The position numbers and the translations under genes are program-made. A model generated the notes under the pieces. The model was not told the DNA's origin. It saw nothing but the letters and a program-made list of their open reading frames with translations, and did not search any database. From positions 1 through 64,000 of the forward strand of contig CBDCDS010000003.1 of assembly GCA_965215365.1 (NCBI GenBank): a DNA stretch of 64,000 bases, written 5' to 3'. Source of the DNA: Gammaproteobacteria bacterium (GTDB taxonomy: Bacteria > Pseudomonadota > Gammaproteobacteria > Eutrophobiales > Eutrophobiaceae). Positions 61,928-64,000 of this stretch are shown piece after piece (the first letter of the stretch is position 1; the number at the start of each line of letters is the position of its first letter).

Positions 61928-63616
61928 ATGCAAACAGAAAATAAGCCCATAGAAAGCTGGTTGGAAGATATAAGAAGAGGCGTGGTCAGGTTACCGCGCT
62001 TTCAGAGAAGAGAAGCGTGGACTTTCAAACACGTTGAAAATTTTCTGGCTACTGTAATTCTTCATGACCGGCCCATAGGTGTTTTATTGACGCTGGAGGT
62101 GGATTCAGCCAATCAGCCCTTTGAAACAAGATCGTTGGAAGGCACTGTTAATAATGGTGAGAAATGCAGATACCACTTGCTTGATGGTCAGCAGAGACTC
62201 ACCGCTCTCTGGAAAGCGTTAAATGACAAATATGAGGATCGTGCCTACTTTGTCGTTTTTGAGGAGGAAAATGAAGGCTTTATTTGTAACTCCGTCAAGG
62301 GAGTGCCCAGAAAAACGAATCCATGGGTGAAAAATTTGTCGGAGGCTTTCAACAAGAATTTGATTCCAGTCAGCCTGTTAAATCCCAAGGTGTCTCACAG
62401 CGAAATAGAAGTCTGGCTGAAAAATGTAGCGGATGAGGGCCAAAAAACTGTTTTACGAGAGTTGGTAATGAACTTATGGAAACGGGTCAGCAGCAAACCG
62501 TTTCCCTCGTTACCTCTGCCTCAATCTACCCGGCCGGATGAGGCAATTGACATTTTCATAAATACAAATACGTCATTCGTACGGTTGACCCCCTACAATA
62601 TTGCAGTCGCAATGTTCGAGGCTGACACTCAAGAATCTTTACAGGGCGTAGTGGATGAAGTCGGTCAGGAAGTTTCCGGCATCATCGATCTTGAGGGGGA
62701 AGATGGCTTGGGCGACCTTGTTCTCAAGGTGGCGTGTCTATTTCAAAACATGGTGCCAACCTACGGAAATTACAGAAAACTCGATATGCCTGAGCTTAGG
62801 GGACAGCAAAGTCAAATTCTGGAGGGAATCAGGTGGGCTACCGACACCTTAAACAAGGAGAAAATATGGACTGAGAGACAGCTCCCGAGTTCGGTTCCAC
62901 TGCGAGTTTTGCCAGCATTATTTCGATTTCTTCCGAAGCACGGTGATGATCGCGCCAAAGCAGACAGGCTTGTGCGGCAGTATATCTGGCGTTCTTTTGT
63001 CACTGACCGATATGACCGGCAGGCCAACGACAGGTTGAAGAAAGACTACGATGCAATTCAAAAGGCGCTGCAAAATAAACGCTTTCAGTGCTCGGACAAA
63101 AACACAGTATTTGCCGAACAACTCCCAAATAAAGAGGAGTTGCTTGCGGAGGGTTGGCCCCGAAGCAAAGGCATAAGAAAGCGGGCTGCCTTGGCAATTT
63201 GCACCAGAGAAGGGTCAAGAGATATCGCAAGCAATGTCGAAATTTCTCTCGATGAGATACGTAAACGACAATATCATCATATTTTTCCGAAGGGACTTTT
63301 GAGAAAAGTGGACTCTAATCCTGATCTCGTATTGAATTGCATGCTCATAGACGAACCGACCAATCAGGATTGGAGCGATCGGTGGCCGGGGGATTACATC
63401 CTGGAGAGAATAGAGCAATCAGGGCTTCATGGTGAGGAGGCAAAACAAGAGTTGCGGCAACGACTGGAGTCCCACCTGGTTCCACCTGATGCCATATTAA
63501 ACGCAACAGATGATGGCGGCGCTTCACTGCAGCAAAAGTATGAAGATTTTCTCAAGCAACGGGCTGAGTTGATTATTGCAAAGATGATAATACTCTGCAG
63601 AGGAAAAACTGATTGA
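61928..63616 (+). CDS. DUF262 (ParB-like NTPase) plus C-terminal HNH-like domain (GmrSD/SspE-like)
   Basis: LPRFQR..AW, LLDGQQRLT, IFINTN; C-terminal YHHIFPK...LNCMLI...TN; RBS GGAGGAG. Confidence 0.85.
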   Translation: MQTENKPIESWLEDIRRGVVRLPRFQRREAWTFKHVENFLATVILHDRPIGVLLTLEVDSANQPFETRSLEGTVNNGEKCRYHLLDGQQRLTALWKALNDKYEDRAYFVVFEEENEGFICNSVKGVPRKTNPWVKNLSEAFNKNLIPVSLLNPKVSHSEIEVWLKNVADEGQKTVLRELVMNLWKRVSSKPFPSLPLPQSTRPDEAIDIFINTNTSFVRLTPYNIAVAMFEADTQESLQGVVDEVGQEVSGIIDLEGEDGLGDLVLKVACLFQNMVPTYGNYRKLDMPELRGQQSQILEGIRWATDTLNKEKIWTERQLPSSVPLRVLPALFRFLPKHGDDRAKADRLVRQYIWRSFVTDRYDRQANDRLKKDYDAIQKALQNKRFQCSDKNTVFAEQLPNKEELLAEGWPRSKGIRKRAALAICTREGSRDIASNVEISLDEIRKRQYHHIFPKGLLRKVDSNPDLVLNCMLIDEPTNQDWSDRWPGDYILERIEQSGLHGEEAKQELRQRLESHLVPPDAILNATDDGGASLQQKYEDFLKQRAELIIAKMIILCRGKTD

Positions 63617-63626
63617 AAGTTCAGCT

Positions 63627-64000
63627 ATGACAAATAAGAAAAAACAAAAAAAACCTTCCTTACACTTTGGCCCGGGTGACATGGCCGGCTGGACGCCGGT
63701 TGGTTTGAGTGGCTACCGGGCATTGAAACCAACCGCCGCCATACGTGAATTGATACAAAATGGACTCGATGCCGCTGATGCAAGGGAAACCCCGGCCCGT
63801 ATGCGCTTCCGAGTGGAAACATGTCAGATCAATGATGTGCCGGGCATAGCTACGTATCGAGAAGCTTTTCAGGAAGCGCAAGAGACCCAACTTAGTCTCT
63901 CTGGAGGTAAAATGCCTGATAATGCTGAAGCCGTCATCAAGGATATAAATTCGTGCTTGGGAGAACAAACATGCCATATTCTGCATGTTCTGGATAATGG
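63627..64000 (+). CDS. GHKL/HATPase-domain protein, N-terminal part (runs off the edge; not in the ORF track)
   Basis: Open from ATG 63627 to the end of the window: MTNKKKQ...AAIRELIQNGLDAA...ILHVLDNG (GHKL N-box and G1-box). Confidence 0.8.
   Translation, partial: MTNKKKQKKPSLHFGPGDMAGWTPVGLSGYRALKPTAAIRELIQNGLDAADARETPARMRFRVETCQINDVPGIATYREAFQEAQETQLSLSGGKMPDNAEAVIKDINSCLGEQTCHILHVLDN

Noticed and set aside
63625-63986. Minus-strand ORFs at the right edge
   Set aside because: They are antisense to the motif-bearing GHKL frame.

Overview
Chromosomal window of a GC-rich gammaproteobacterium. The fibronectin-III/Calx-beta surface protein, many toxin-antitoxin (TA) pairs and AAA-DUF4143 genes suggest a host-associated, possibly sponge-symbiont lifestyle (inference only). 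Core blocks: recA-recX-alaS-lysC-csrA-tRNA-Ser with fhs and tRNA-Arg; gshA; a full phosphate/polyphosphate cluster (oprO/P, djlA, sixA, ppx, ppk1, phoU, pstBACS, phoR, phoB) directly downstream of dnaA; and rpmH-rnpA-yidD-yidC-mnmE. Accessory regions: (i) 1-8.7 kb, with nested or decayed IS elements, an adenine MTase, an orphan DGQHR/DndB-like gene and a TA pair; (ii) 22.5-26.4 kb, defence-type ATPases; (iii) an ~11 kb insert between dnaA and rpmH with an RTX protein, a 1976-aa adhesin-like gene preceded by a (CCGCAGA)10 tract, and three tandem coiled-coil genes; (iv) a lower-GC operon after mnmE encoding a PAPS-reductase-like protein, a cysteine desulfurase, a DUF262/HNH protein and a GHKL ATPase that runs off the window edge. 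Region (iv) is the best candidate for an undescribed DNA sulfur-modification/restriction system. A YTAR-targeting MITE family appears at 8 sites, often on stop codons. All family calls come from motif recognition; no database searches were run.
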